A stretch of 40,812 bases of DNA from a virus (IMGVR_UViG_3300044716_000090:1-40812); one strand, 5' to 3'; positions 24,701 to 34,497 are shown, counted from the first letter of the stretch. Notes: generated by a model not told the origin, from the sequence alone. Translations and numbers: made by a program.

Positions 24701-27700
24701 CCTGCTTGTGTAATACCAACTGTACTACCAGAAAGGGTAATAGGAGCTGTAACTGAAATAGCGTTTTGCTTATTATTAAATGTAGACCAATCTGCACTAC
24801 TTAAAGCACCTCTATTAGTTGCACTTGCGGTGGGTACGTTTAATGTGATAACTGGAGTGGTAGTACTATTTGCAACTGTTGAACTTAAATCAGTACCAGT
24901 TGTACCTAAAGTTAAAGCAGCTACACTTGTTACTGTTCCAGTACCTGTTATATCACTTAACATTGCAAATGTTCCGTTCTTATCAGGGAACAAATATTGT
25001 CTTGTAGTATTACCAAGTAAAGCAGCACTTAAATCAACACCCCTTTGGCTTAGGTCTGTTTGGCTATATCTTAAATACAAGCTGGTTTGTCCAAGTGCGT
25101 ATATAGAAGTATAACCCTGTGCACCTGAATTAGAAGAATTATATTGCTTAAACGCAAAATAACCACCTGTTGTAGAACCATCGCCATCTGAAAGATAGTT
25201 CCTAGCAGTTATGTTATTAGTTCCTAAATTAACACTTGTTGTTGCTCCTGTGTATGGAACATATCCACTTAACTGATTTGTTAGGGCTAAAGTTCCTGTA
25301 CTTGATGGAAGGGTATAGGTAGAACTACCATCAGTTATGGTTGAGCCTAAAGTCAATTGACCTGATACTCTTACTGTACCATTTATATCAGTGGTAAATG
25401 CAGATGCTGTTGATGTACCAACTAAAACTTGACCACCAAGCGGTTGAAGTCTTAATGCTCCTGAAGCAATTGCAATTCCATAATATGATTGCAATTGTGC
25501 AAATGTTGTAGCAGTGTTGCCACCTGCAGTAAATTGTACAAATCCATTATTACCTCCAGCAGCAGGATCTGAATTTATTAAAGTTAATTGTGCAGCAGTA
25601 CCTGAAGTATTTTTAATAAGCACCCCTCCATTTACATCTAACTTAAATTGAGATGGATCATGTGGAGAAGCTGTGTTAATACCAATACTAGTTCCACCAT
25701 CATATATTAAACTATTTGTTAATGTATGTGTACCATTAATTTTAGGAACGTAGTTTGATGTCCAACTACCACTTGCAAGAACTGGATTGGTTAATGTTGA
25801 TTGCTTATTGTTAAATGTGTTCCAATCTGTTGAACTTAAATAACCGTCAGTTGATGCTCCTGATTGTGTGATAGATAAAGTTCTACTTGAACTTAAATCA
25901 CCCCCACCTTGTAGAGGAGCACTTGTAGATATTGTTGTTGCAGAATTTGTAGGAGTGTATCCTAAAGCACTACATACATTAGTACCACTAAGTGATAAAT
26001 CAATTATACCACATGATGTGATAGGGCTTCCAGTTACACCAATGTTTGTACCACAAACAGCAACGCTTGTCACTGTTCCAGAGAAACAATCAGCAGATGA
26101 TATTGTGAAGTTAGGATAGGTTCCTGTAATAGAAGTTGTTCCACCTCCTGTGAGAGAAACTATTTGATCAGGACAAGAGTTTCCAATTTCTCCTGAGGTT
26201 GCATTATATGAAATACCAGCACCTGCACATACAGCACCTCTAGCTCTAGCATCGGTGAAGTAGAGATTAGTACCTTCTGTAACAACAGATGTGTCTAATG
26301 TTTGAAATGTTTTATCCCCTCTATAATACTGACTTGTTGTACCAGCAACAATTAATGGTTGTTTATCGTTAAATGTTGTCCAATCTGTAGCACTTAAATA
26401 ACCATCTGTGGTTGTATTAGATTGTGAAATACCAAATACACCAGTGGTAGAACAATAAGTTAAAGGAGCTGTATGACCTATAGCAGCTCTCACTCTTGCA
26501 TCTGTATAATATAAATCACCACATTCAGTAACTTGACAAGTTAAATAGTCACCAGTGGTAGCTACAACAGCACCAAATCTACCAAATACACTAGTTACAC
26601 CATCACTGTTATCTATCTTAACCCATCCTGTAGCAGATTTAACTGCTAAGTCACCAACATGCCAATCATTGATACCACCAAGGTTTGTTGTACCAGATAC
26701 AGAAACTCTCCAAGCAAAACCTGTTGTTGTTGTTCCAGATATATCAGGAGTGTTTGTAGCAGCATTCCAATCACCTTGTAATATAATACCACCAGCTGTT
26801 GCACTATCAATGTAAGTTTTAACAGCTAATTGTGTTGGATAGAGAGTGTTTGATGAACCTAAAGAAGTACATGTAGATTTGTTTGCTACATCTTCAGGAG
26901 TGTATCCTAATACAGAACAAATATGTCCACTACTTGTAGGGTTTGCACTTGTAATTAAACCTTTGCCATTTACAGCAATGTTTAATAAAGTTTCAGATGT
27001 GTATACATCATTATTAACTGTAGCTAATGTAAGACTGGTACAAGTTCCTGTAGAACCTGTTCCTGTTACATCACCAATAAATTCTAATGATCCAGAGATA
27101 GTATCTGTGGTAACACAGGTTACTAACCCTTTATTGTTCACTGTAATTACAGGAACTTGTGTAGAGCTACCAAATGTACCTGTTGTAGCATTCACTGTAG
27201 CAAGAGTTAATGCTACAGATCCAGGACCTGAAGCTGTTGCATCACCAGTGAGGTCTGTAATATAATTACCAGAAGCTTGTTTATTATTGAATGTATTCCA
27301 ATCAGTTGAGCTTAAGTAACCATCGGTACCAGCACCTGATTGTGTAATACCTAATGTACCACTGTTAGTGATTGTGCCACCAGTTAAAGGAGCAGAAGTT
27401 GCAATGCTTGTAACAGTTCCTACAGACCAACATCTGTCAGCTGTAAGGTCATATGTTACACCATTAATATCTAATTGTCTGCTATCTGGAACAGGTGTAT
27501 ATCCTAAAGCATCTTGCTTATTGTTAAAGGTGCTCCAATCAGTAGAAGTCAATAGACCAGTGCAAGATGCTGAAGCTGTAGATACATCTACATTTATACA
27601 TCCTGAAGTGGTAACTGGACTTCCAGATATAGAAACTCCTGTAGTTGTTGAGCACAATGCTACGCTTGTAACAGTACCAACACAAGTAGTTTTGTCATTG

Positions 27701-29361
27701 AAGGTATTCCAGTCTGTACTACTTAAGTAACCATCAGTTGTTGAATTTGATTGAGTGATAGATAATAATCTATCTGCACTTAAGTTTCCACCTCCTTGCA
27801 AAGGTGCAGTTGTACCAATTGATCTTGATGTACTCACCTTATCATTGAAGGTAGTCCAATCTGCTGAATCTAAGAATCCGTCTTGTGTTCCACTTGCTTG
27901 TTTAACTTGTATACTAGTTCCTGTACCTATCACAGCATTAGTTCCACCTGTGATAGTAAGAACTCCACTAACTGCTTCTGTAAGATTACCTTTAGTTAAA
28001 GCATCTTCTTTATCGTTAAAGGTGGTCCAGTCTACACTAGATAGATAACCGTTTGTTGAACAACTAGCCTGACTAATAGATAGTGTAGGTGTCAATCCTC
28101 CTGTTGTAGCAAGAGGAGCTGTAGCTGATATATTAGAAATGTATGATAGAGAAGGAATATCTGCAGCCACCAAAGCCCTAAAACTAGGAGCACCTGATCC
28201 ACCATTAGGACCAGCAAGCACTGTATTAGCTGCTGCATTAGCTAATGCAAAGCTTAAAGCAGGAGTTGTTGTAGGATTGGTTACAGATGTAGTGAATAGT
28301 GGAGATAGGTTACCAGCACTAAAGCTTGTAACTGTACCACCTAAAGATGGGTAGTCATTGATAACTGTGAAGTTTGGATATGATCCAGTTACACTAATAC
28401 CAAAACCACCATTTAGCACCACAGTTTGGTCAGGTGCTGTATTTATAATTGATATACTTGGAGTGGTATTAGGATTGCTTATAGAAGCGTTAATACCTGT
28501 ACCAGCAGTGATAGATACACTTGTAACTGTACCTACGTTCCAGCTTCTGTTAGCTGTTAAATCATGAGCTACACCATTGATAGACAATTCAATAGCATCA
28601 TTTACAGGCACATATCCTAGTGCTGTAGTGATATCACCACCACTTACAGGAGTGGCAGATGTAATGAGTCCCTTACCGTTTACAGCAAACTTAAGGAAGT
28701 TGTTGCTTCCATAAACATCTGTATTAACTGTATCTAATGTTAGTGTAACTGGGGATCCAGTGAAACCAAAACCATCTACATCTCCTACAAAGCTTAATGA
28801 TTGTGCTGGGTAGTTGATTGGTGTAGGAGTGACATTTGTAATTCTACCCTTACTATCCACTGTGATTGCAGGAACATTTCCTGAATTACCATATGTACCA
28901 GGAGAACCAAACACTGTGGCTAATGTAGCAGTTACAGAACCAGGTCCATTAGCTAAAACATCTCCTGTTAAGTTTGTAATATAGTTACCTGAAGGCTGAT
29001 AGCTAGTTGGATCTAAGCTACCATCACCCTTTACAAAATCTGTTGATGTACCACCTGTGGTGATGAGAGCAGAAGCTTCCAATGTACCAGCAAAGGCAAT
29101 GTTGTATAATCCACCAATTGTTGTATTCTTAACAAGTGCCCCACCCAACATAACTGGTTGACCAGGAGCTAATTGCTCAAGACCGTTTGTAAATATATAA
29201 CCTAGATTGGAATCTTGGAATTTTTGGTCTATCTTCTGTAAGGCAGTCTGAAGGTTGTCATTTGTGACAATACCTGTATACACCAAAGTGTTACCTTCGT
29301 AGAATACGCAGGTAGCATTTAGTATAACTGGACACGGTTCAGCTGAACAAGTAACATTCAT
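21709..29361 (-). CDS. 2550-aa long tail fibre with a C-terminal intramolecular chaperone (peptidase S74)
   Basis: GDVVAFSDARKK...LGVIAQEV autocleavage domain; Gly/Thr/Ser shaft repeats; nine DWxxFNxK/R units; N-terminal CP...CVFYEG...LQKID anchor of the type seen in crAss-like fibres. Confidence 0.9.
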   Translation of the reverse strand: MNVTCSAEPCPVILNATCVFYEGNTLVYTGIVTNDNLQTALQKIDQKFQDSNLGYIFTNGLEQLAPGQPVMLGGALVKNTTIGGLYNIAFAGTLEASALITTGGTSTDFVKGDGSLDPTSYQPSGNYITNLTGDVLANGPGSVTATLATVFGSPGTYGNSGNVPAITVDSKGRITNVTPTPINYPAQSLSFVGDVDGFGFTGSPVTLTLDTVNTDVYGSNNFLKFAVNGKGLITSATPVSGGDITTALGYVPVNDAIELSINGVAHDLTANRSWNVGTVTSVSITAGTGINASISNPNTTPSISIINTAPDQTVVLNGGFGISVTGSYPNFTVINDYPSLGGTVTSFSAGNLSPLFTTSVTNPTTTPALSFALANAAANTVLAGPNGGSGAPSFRALVAADIPSLSYISNISATAPLATTGGLTPTLSISQASCSTNGYLSSVDWTTFNDKEDALTKGNLTEAVSGVLTITGGTNAVIGTGTSIQVKQASGTQDGFLDSADWTTFNDKVSTSRSIGTTAPLQGGGNLSADRLLSITQSNSTTDGYLSSTDWNTFNDKTTCVGTVTSVALCSTTTGVSISGSPVTTSGCINVDVSTASASCTGLLTSTDWSTFNNKQDALGYTPVPDSRQLDINGVTYDLTADRCWSVGTVTSIATSAPLTGGTITNSGTLGITQSGAGTDGYLSSTDWNTFNNKQASGNYITDLTGDATASGPGSVALTLATVNATTGTFGSSTQVPVITVNNKGLVTCVTTDTISGSLEFIGDVTGTGSTGTCTSLTLATVNNDVYTSETLLNIAVNGKGLITSANPTSSGHICSVLGYTPEDVANKSTCTSLGSSNTLYPTQLAVKTYIDSATAGGIILQGDWNAATNTPDISGTTTTGFAWRVSVSGTTNLGGINDWHVGDLAVKSATGWVKIDNSDGVTSVFGRFGAVVATTGDYLTCQVTECGDLYYTDARVRAAIGHTAPLTYCSTTGVFGISQSNTTTDGYLSATDWTTFNDKQPLIVAGTTSQYYRGDKTFQTLDTSVVTEGTNLYFTDARARGAVCAGAGISYNATSGEIGNSCPDQIVSLTGGGTTSITGTYPNFTISSADCFSGTVTSVAVCGTNIGVTGSPITSCGIIDLSLSGTNVCSALGYTPTNSATTISTSAPLQGGGDLSSSRTLSITQSGASTDGYLSSTDWNTFNNKQSTLTNPVLASGSWTSNYVPKINGTHTLTNSLIYDGGTSIGINTASPHDPSQFKLDVNGGVLIKNTSGTAAQLTLINSDPAAGGNNGFVQFTAGGNTATTFAQLQSYYGIAIASGALRLQPLGGQVLVGTSTASAFTTDINGTVRVSGQLTLGSTITDGSSTYTLPSSTGTLALTNQLSGYVPYTGATTSVNLGTNNITARNYLSDGDGSTTGGYFAFKQYNSSNSGAQGYTSIYALGQTSLYLRYSQTDLSQRGVDLSAALLGNTTRQYLFPDKNGTFAMLSDITGTGTVTSVAALTLGTTGTDLSSTVANSTTTPVITLNVPTASATNRGALSSADWSTFNNKQNAISVTAPITLSGSTVGITQAGAASNGFLSSTDWNSFNSRTSCTGTVTCVNATGTNISVTGSPITTSGTLAISLSGANVCGALGYTPYNATNPNGYTSCVGTVTSVGVVATNINVCASPVTTSGNICLNLTGANVCSALGYSPTQGTGTTNYLPKFTGASTIGNSILFDNGTNVGINTTTPTFSTGYTTLSLNGSTGGQIEFKTGDVGKAYIYSNSTDLRFFTSGGAFRFDGGNLGLGVTPSAWGGGNVALDIGGDPFSGINASLRLGLTTNAYAIGATYYYRASGLSSQQYRLSVGTNNHEWYVAPSGTAGAAISYTQAMTLAANGNLTLGTTSSYTGVRMVAESTTGVAAWFITGGDTVPISAINNGGTLSTIGFKGTSTANAFNVRVGADGENFVAYTSNTERFRIASTGAATFNSTVTTNGDVNVQNGSVYAGLGGPAASRGFYAGSSGFQASFLYNNSTGNLDISPRAGFSTIFTSGTVTASTFVGALNGNATSATTTTFVASPDGSRNPNTFALPTTNPRSVRYDFATAGSVTGATGNYAGVMTYSPWDGTSASTGDSSYQLAFCNWSGVNASGLPGLALRNGINSSWNATWYQFLHSGNYTSYAPSLTGSGASGTWGINITGSSANITAYTINQNLGTGNGPTFTNIYNNAWFRNNNSNEGLYNQVTTQHLSSNTNGYWDMSSTTNISSIRFYTGGHVTSIRGYVYANDSNQIGFLNNAGSWSFRVDNSGNATVLGTDLTVGSSTSSNIYMVDSDEGTRRIHCNSNRIGFLTQAEGWGAWCNDNGSWESASNITAAGAVTTNDWFYVNGTGGLYFNSYGYGLRSPDAEGNLYGNIATHGSGRNGWAGYGIGSQFALMGRVSTDIGLHDIGYAGGWIFYSLYGTGRLSIGTSTNSTSYRLYVEGAIFATGDVVAFSDARKKNNIITIDNALEKVTNLRGVFYDKIGEEEKGRQLGVIAQEVNQVLPEAVSYANDIDEYGVKYGNFAGLFIEAFKEQQKQIEELKNIINVLTS

Positions 29362-29390
29362 ATCTATAGGTTAGGGTGTATTGTAAATAT

Positions 29391-29421
29391 AACAAAGCGA
29401 ATGTGCAGGATACACATTCGC
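29391..29421 (-). terminator. Rho-independent terminator after the 1666-aa gene
   Basis: Minus strand GCGAATGTG-TATCCTG-CACATTCGC-TTTGTT: perfect 9-bp stem with a T-rich tail. Confidence 0.75.
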
Positions 29422-29454
29422 AAAGTTAATGAATATAGTTTATTTTCAATGAGT
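29421..29454 (-). promoter_or_regulatory. Promoter ACTCATTGA-N17-TAACTTTG for the tail-fibre operon
   Basis: CAAAGTTA at 29421-29428 and TCAATGAGT at 29446-29454; same upstream 9-mer as the 10871 promoter. Confidence 0.6.
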
Positions 29455-29496
29455 TAGGATAAAGAATGCCACATAATATAGCAATAATTCACCATT

Positions 29497-32400
29497 TTAT
29501 TTACCAAATGGACGAGCTTCAGACTGTGCCTTCATACCAAGATCTTTTGCTACATCTGGAAAGAACATCAATAACATTGCATCCACTTGTGAAGCTATAG
29601 GGAATCCTTTCAAAGCATACTTGATCACTTGGTTTTTCTTTGCCAACTCTTCATCTCCTACACCTAGAGCATACATCTCTGTACCAAAGTTTAAAAATAG
29701 TTTCTTGAAGTTTTCCAAGTAACTTATTGCTGGGAAGATACCTGATGTGGTTAGGGTTAAGAAGGACGTTGGATTGTAGAAATAAGCAACCTCATCTCTC
29801 ACCTTATCCATCACCCTTAGCATATACTTATATCTGTTCTTTGAAGATCTGTCTTCATCATCATCTGGTTCTACAGCCTTGGCTCCTATAATCAGTGCTG
29901 AGAGGGTAAGATAGAACATGAAGTCTGTCATTTGGTTACGTATGTTATTACTTACTAGTTCTACAAACTCACCTTCTGTCATTCTTAGTGTCTTACCTGT
30001 ATCCTTCTCATAGTCAGACTTCTTCTTTTCATATAGGGTCTTTACTTGATCTACAAACTTTTGGTCATTCCCTCCTAAAGAACTTATGAGGCTATCCATG
30101 GAACCAACAAAGTCTTCTGTTAAAAGTCTGAACATGTTTCTGGTTCTACCCCACTCATAAGCCTCTGTAGCAGAGTTATACTTAAGGTTACCAAATCTTA
30201 CGTCTACAAGTCTTGGTATCCAGTTTTTAAATACCATGAAAGACTTACCGTATATATTTAGATTAATCTTTCTAAGGTCATCTTCAGATAGGTTACCTAA
30301 CGCATCCTTAGTAATAGCCTGTACCTTTCTTCTAAGTTCAATTACACTATCAGATTTTCTGTCCAAGCCTTCCACTACAAGTTCGTTGTTTTCCACCTTA
30401 GCTAGCTTCATAAATCCTTTCTCATCAAGAAGTCTTTTAACTTCTGTCTCAAAGTTAGTTTTTAATTGTTTTCTTTCCTCAGCAGTGCCTGTAAACATCT
30501 TTTCAAACTCTGGCTGTTTCTTTAAGTATTCTCTTACGTTGAACACTTTACCATCTTCTACAATAGAGTTTTCTAGGTAGCTAAAGAAGTTAATAGACTG
30601 TACGTATTGATCTCCAGTTCTCATCAAAATCATTAGGAAATCTTGTATTCCTTCCTGGCTAAACTTACTAACAGACAGTTCCTTAGCAAGGATGCTGTTA
30701 TAGTTTTCTGTTAATGGTTGGAAGTATTGAAGAGCCCCAATGTATTTTTTAGAGTCAACACCATTCATCTTCCCAGCTAACATAAACTCATTACGTATAA
30801 AGTCTGCCTTTGTAAAGAACTTACCAGCGTTGATGTAACTCTGGAAGCTACCACCTAAGAAGTTTGATAGTGCTGATATAGGATTTAATCCTAATGTCTT
30901 TAGCTGGAATACATTGTTTAGCTGTGTAATAGTTTTGTTTAGAGAAATCTGTGCATCATCGTAGTCTTCAGAAAACACTTTTCTACCTAATATCTTGTTA
31001 GCCCTCTTACCAAAGTTTGATATGCCACCTAGTAGTTGATCAAAGTTTTCACTCTCTACATACTTGTGACCATACACAATAGCCTCCATCATATCTCTTA
31101 CCAACTTAGTGTTGTCAGAGTTGTCTGATGTTGTTTCAAGGGTGCCATCAGTTCTATACTTTGTTTTACCAAAATAGGAAGTCTTGATAGCTTCTTTATT
31201 TCCTTCAGTCTTTACAATTAAGTTTAACTGATTTTCAATATTACTTAAATATTCATAGCGAATAGCCATGCTATTTAATAAAGTCATGTTTCTAAATAAG
31301 TCTTCACTTGCTTCCTCTGAAGTTTCTTTAGTGAAGTATTTAGGAATATTATATACAGGTTCTTTGGTAATAGGATCAATTTGACCATACCCAACATCAC
31401 CTTCTGTAATAGTAATGTTTCTTAGTAAGGATTCACCAAGTTTAAACTCTCCACCCATTACAATCTTCTCTGTAAGACTCTTTCTTATAAATGGTAAGAA
31501 CACCCTAGCATCAGCTTTGTTAATATAACCAATCTGCTCTAGGTATTCGTTTCTCTTTCTAATATAATCAAAGAATGCTTTAGCTGGTGCATTTTCAGGT
31601 TTAGTGAGATTCTTCCATTCCTCTGATTCCCAATTATCTCTTTTAGGATATTTCTTAACAAAGTCATATAACAACCAACCAGGAGACTCAGATGTAGAGG
31701 TGTTGTATAATGTATTCACATCAGCAATCTCTCTCTTCTTATCTCTATTGATTGTTTCCTCATCACCAAATCTAGTCTTATCTTCTATTCTCTTAAGTTC
31801 TTTTTCTTTTTGTTCAGCTAAGAACTCATTGTATTTAGCTACATCTATATTATCTCTTACCCACTGATAATCCTTTTGAGCAATCTTACTTTTCAAGGTT
31901 TTGTAGAACTCAGGATCAAACTCATTAATTAGTTCATTGCTTCCTTTCTTCTTGAGAATGTCAAAGTAGTTTTTGTTTGTAAGCCCTTTAGAACTAGCCC
32001 ACTTATCATATTTCTCTTTAATCTTTACTAGCTCCTGACCTTGCTCTGATGTCTCAATGGATGCAAGACCAAATGCTTTGTTAGCCATCTTATATAAAAT
32101 CTCAGTAGACTTAAGTTGGATTACAGATGTAGAGTTGAACAACTTACTGAATCCTTTAACCACCTTCTCAGGCTTTAAAAAGTCCATAACATTTGCATCT
32201 TTAGCAATAACATTTTCAGCAAAGTCTTTTCTAACTTCTTCAAGATCAGCTTCTAGTTCATTTGCACTTTCTGCTGTGTCTCTAATATCTTGCCATAAAG
32301 CTTGATCTTTCTCAGATAAATCTTTTTTGAACAATCCTTTTAAGTCTGTTGCTAAAGCTCTGTACACCATTAGAGATGTTTCATAAGATAGGATCTTATC

Positions 32401-34497
32401 AGAAAGCTCACTCTTTTGTTTGTCTGTAAACGAATTAGCATCTTGTCCTTTCCAAGTGTTATTGTAAGTATCTATAACTCTTTGAATGTCAGCGTTTAAT
32501 AACTTAGCTTGCTTTAACAAAGGCTCAACGTTCTGTCTCATTTGTAATTGTCTAATAGACTCATACAATGAATTCAATAACTCAGCCTTACTTCTTTTCT
32601 CTTCAGGAGTAGCTTTCTTAGAAGATATAGTATCATATATCTTATTAAGCTTCTCAATCAATGTATCTATTTTCTTAACACCAGTCTTTTCAGTTTCTAG
32701 TCCTACAGGTAGTAAGTATGCAAGTTCTTCTTTCTTAACATCTACATCACCTATCTGAACACCTGTCAATTGTGGTAGAACACCTTCCTTAGGAATTGCT
32801 CCAGAATATATTGCTCTGATAGGAATCATTCTTGTTTGTTCAAAGTCTTCTGGCTTAACACCATATCCTTTTTCTACAATAGACTTGTATTGTTTCATCT
32901 GTTGTCTCCAAGCATTCACCTTATACCAAGGAACATCTTTATATCTCTGAACATTCATGTCCATAAACTTCCAGTCTAAAATGCTCACCTTTCCTTCAGG
33001 AGTGATGGCAATAAAGTCTATAGTACCAGCTACATCACGTGCTGCATCATATACAGTCATCTCAGCAAGAAACTTGGTATTAGGAGGAAACTGCTCTAGA
33101 CGTGCAGCCATGTTCCTCTTTAATATATTGTAAAGGTCTTTATTCTTTGGATTTAATTGAGATACATACCCACTATCATTAGGTCTTTCATTCTCAAGTC
33201 TTAATGTACTATCTTCATTTAAGAAGTAGTTTTTAAGCATGTTCTCTATATCAGCATGACCTGCTGTACCTTTCTCTTTCTTAAGATCATCAACAGCTTG
33301 ATCATACTCAGACTTAGTCAAGTCTTTATTAGCAAATCTTGTGCTATACCAATCCTTAACAAAGTCAGTAACTCTTCTCTTGATTCTGTTACCATTAATT
33401 AAATACCCAGTATCATCTTTAGTAATTTGATCACTAGTCATTCTTAACTTATCAAATATAAGTTGCTGAGGATCAACAGCCTGTTGAAAGAACACACCCT
33501 CTTTATTTCTAATATCATCCACTGTACCAATCTGGTCACCAGACAACACTAACATAGCAGCTTCATCAAATCCAGACTTAACAAATAGATTTTTGATAAA
33601 GTCAACTATTTGATTCCACCAACCTTCCACTTTAGCTAATAGCTCAGGCTTTTCTGTAGAACCTTCATTCTTTTTGATAATGGTCTCAGCCAAGATTTTA
33701 CCAATAGCTTCTTTCTTTAACTTTCTAATGTTAGGTTTACCATCAGAAAACTGGTATTGTTTATATTTACCATATGTAGCTAGGACATCAGAATACATTT
33801 TGTACCCATTGATTTCTCCTAGTAACTTGTTAAATAGCTGTGGATTCTTTTGCTCTAATATTTCTACAACAAAGTGCATAGCCTCTTCTGTAAGAGCTAC
33901 ATTCTCTTTTCCTTGTATAACTTGTACAAGCTTTTGTACAATGTCAGCAACACCATTTACATCTTGCTTAACACCATCCACTTCTATAGCCTGTAGTGTT
34001 TTTATATTTACACCAATCCTCTTTAATAAGTCTTTAACAAGACCTACTGTTTGGGTTGATGCTTGAGACGCAGGGATATCATCTGTTTGTAATAATACAC
34101 TATCACCATCTGAGTTAACACCAAATGTAGTGTCATTCTCAAGATCTAATCTACTAGCTTCAGGTGTTTCCTGATCAAGTTCAGCTAAAGCTTGTTCAAG
34201 CTCAGCTGCATCTTTTGCATTCAAAGCATCTAACTGCTTTACTGTAGGAGCAATAATAACTCCCACCTTATCTGAATATGCTTTTGGAAAAAACACCTTC
34301 CCTAGAGCAATTTCAGAATTGATTGCATTGTTAAGTGTATCTGCTACAGAACGAGACACTCCATAGAAGTTGTTAGGATTAACCTTCTCTTTAGGAGAGG
34401 TTGTCACTTCTATGAAATCCTTCCCATCAAACCTTAAATAAGGTTTGCCCTGTACGTATTTCTCAACAGCAGTTTTTATACCTGTTTGACAACTCAT
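29497..34497 (-). CDS. 1666-aa giant internal virion (ejection-type) protein with a PD-(D/E)XK nuclease-like domain
   Basis: Coupled to the vRNAP gene (TAATG); KGTAGH...AE...AGTIDF...ILDWK nuclease pattern; degenerate zincin EEAMH; hydrophobic C-terminal helix. Confidence 0.7.
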   Translation of the reverse strand: MSCQTGIKTAVEKYVQGKPYLRFDGKDFIEVTTSPKEKVNPNNFYGVSRSVADTLNNAINSEIALGKVFFPKAYSDKVGVIIAPTVKQLDALNAKDAAELEQALAELDQETPEASRLDLENDTTFGVNSDGDSVLLQTDDIPASQASTQTVGLVKDLLKRIGVNIKTLQAIEVDGVKQDVNGVADIVQKLVQVIQGKENVALTEEAMHFVVEILEQKNPQLFNKLLGEINGYKMYSDVLATYGKYKQYQFSDGKPNIRKLKKEAIGKILAETIIKKNEGSTEKPELLAKVEGWWNQIVDFIKNLFVKSGFDEAAMLVLSGDQIGTVDDIRNKEGVFFQQAVDPQQLIFDKLRMTSDQITKDDTGYLINGNRIKRRVTDFVKDWYSTRFANKDLTKSEYDQAVDDLKKEKGTAGHADIENMLKNYFLNEDSTLRLENERPNDSGYVSQLNPKNKDLYNILKRNMAARLEQFPPNTKFLAEMTVYDAARDVAGTIDFIAITPEGKVSILDWKFMDMNVQRYKDVPWYKVNAWRQQMKQYKSIVEKGYGVKPEDFEQTRMIPIRAIYSGAIPKEGVLPQLTGVQIGDVDVKKEELAYLLPVGLETEKTGVKKIDTLIEKLNKIYDTISSKKATPEEKRSKAELLNSLYESIRQLQMRQNVEPLLKQAKLLNADIQRVIDTYNNTWKGQDANSFTDKQKSELSDKILSYETSLMVYRALATDLKGLFKKDLSEKDQALWQDIRDTAESANELEADLEEVRKDFAENVIAKDANVMDFLKPEKVVKGFSKLFNSTSVIQLKSTEILYKMANKAFGLASIETSEQGQELVKIKEKYDKWASSKGLTNKNYFDILKKKGSNELINEFDPEFYKTLKSKIAQKDYQWVRDNIDVAKYNEFLAEQKEKELKRIEDKTRFGDEETINRDKKREIADVNTLYNTSTSESPGWLLYDFVKKYPKRDNWESEEWKNLTKPENAPAKAFFDYIRKRNEYLEQIGYINKADARVFLPFIRKSLTEKIVMGGEFKLGESLLRNITITEGDVGYGQIDPITKEPVYNIPKYFTKETSEEASEDLFRNMTLLNSMAIRYEYLSNIENQLNLIVKTEGNKEAIKTSYFGKTKYRTDGTLETTSDNSDNTKLVRDMMEAIVYGHKYVESENFDQLLGGISNFGKRANKILGRKVFSEDYDDAQISLNKTITQLNNVFQLKTLGLNPISALSNFLGGSFQSYINAGKFFTKADFIRNEFMLAGKMNGVDSKKYIGALQYFQPLTENYNSILAKELSVSKFSQEGIQDFLMILMRTGDQYVQSINFFSYLENSIVEDGKVFNVREYLKKQPEFEKMFTGTAEERKQLKTNFETEVKRLLDEKGFMKLAKVENNELVVEGLDRKSDSVIELRRKVQAITKDALGNLSEDDLRKINLNIYGKSFMVFKNWIPRLVDVRFGNLKYNSATEAYEWGRTRNMFRLLTEDFVGSMDSLISSLGGNDQKFVDQVKTLYEKKKSDYEKDTGKTLRMTEGEFVELVSNNIRNQMTDFMFYLTLSALIIGAKAVEPDDDEDRSSKNRYKYMLRVMDKVRDEVAYFYNPTSFLTLTTSGIFPAISYLENFKKLFLNFGTEMYALGVGDEELAKKNQVIKYALKGFPIASQVDAMLLMFFPDVAKDLGMKAQSEARPFGK

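Noticed and set aside
21709-29361. Repeats as a CRISPR array or a diversity-generating retroelement target
   Set aside because: The repeats are protein-level with synonymous divergence and no spacer structure. I saw no reverse transcriptase or adenine-specific template/variable repeat pair in the window.
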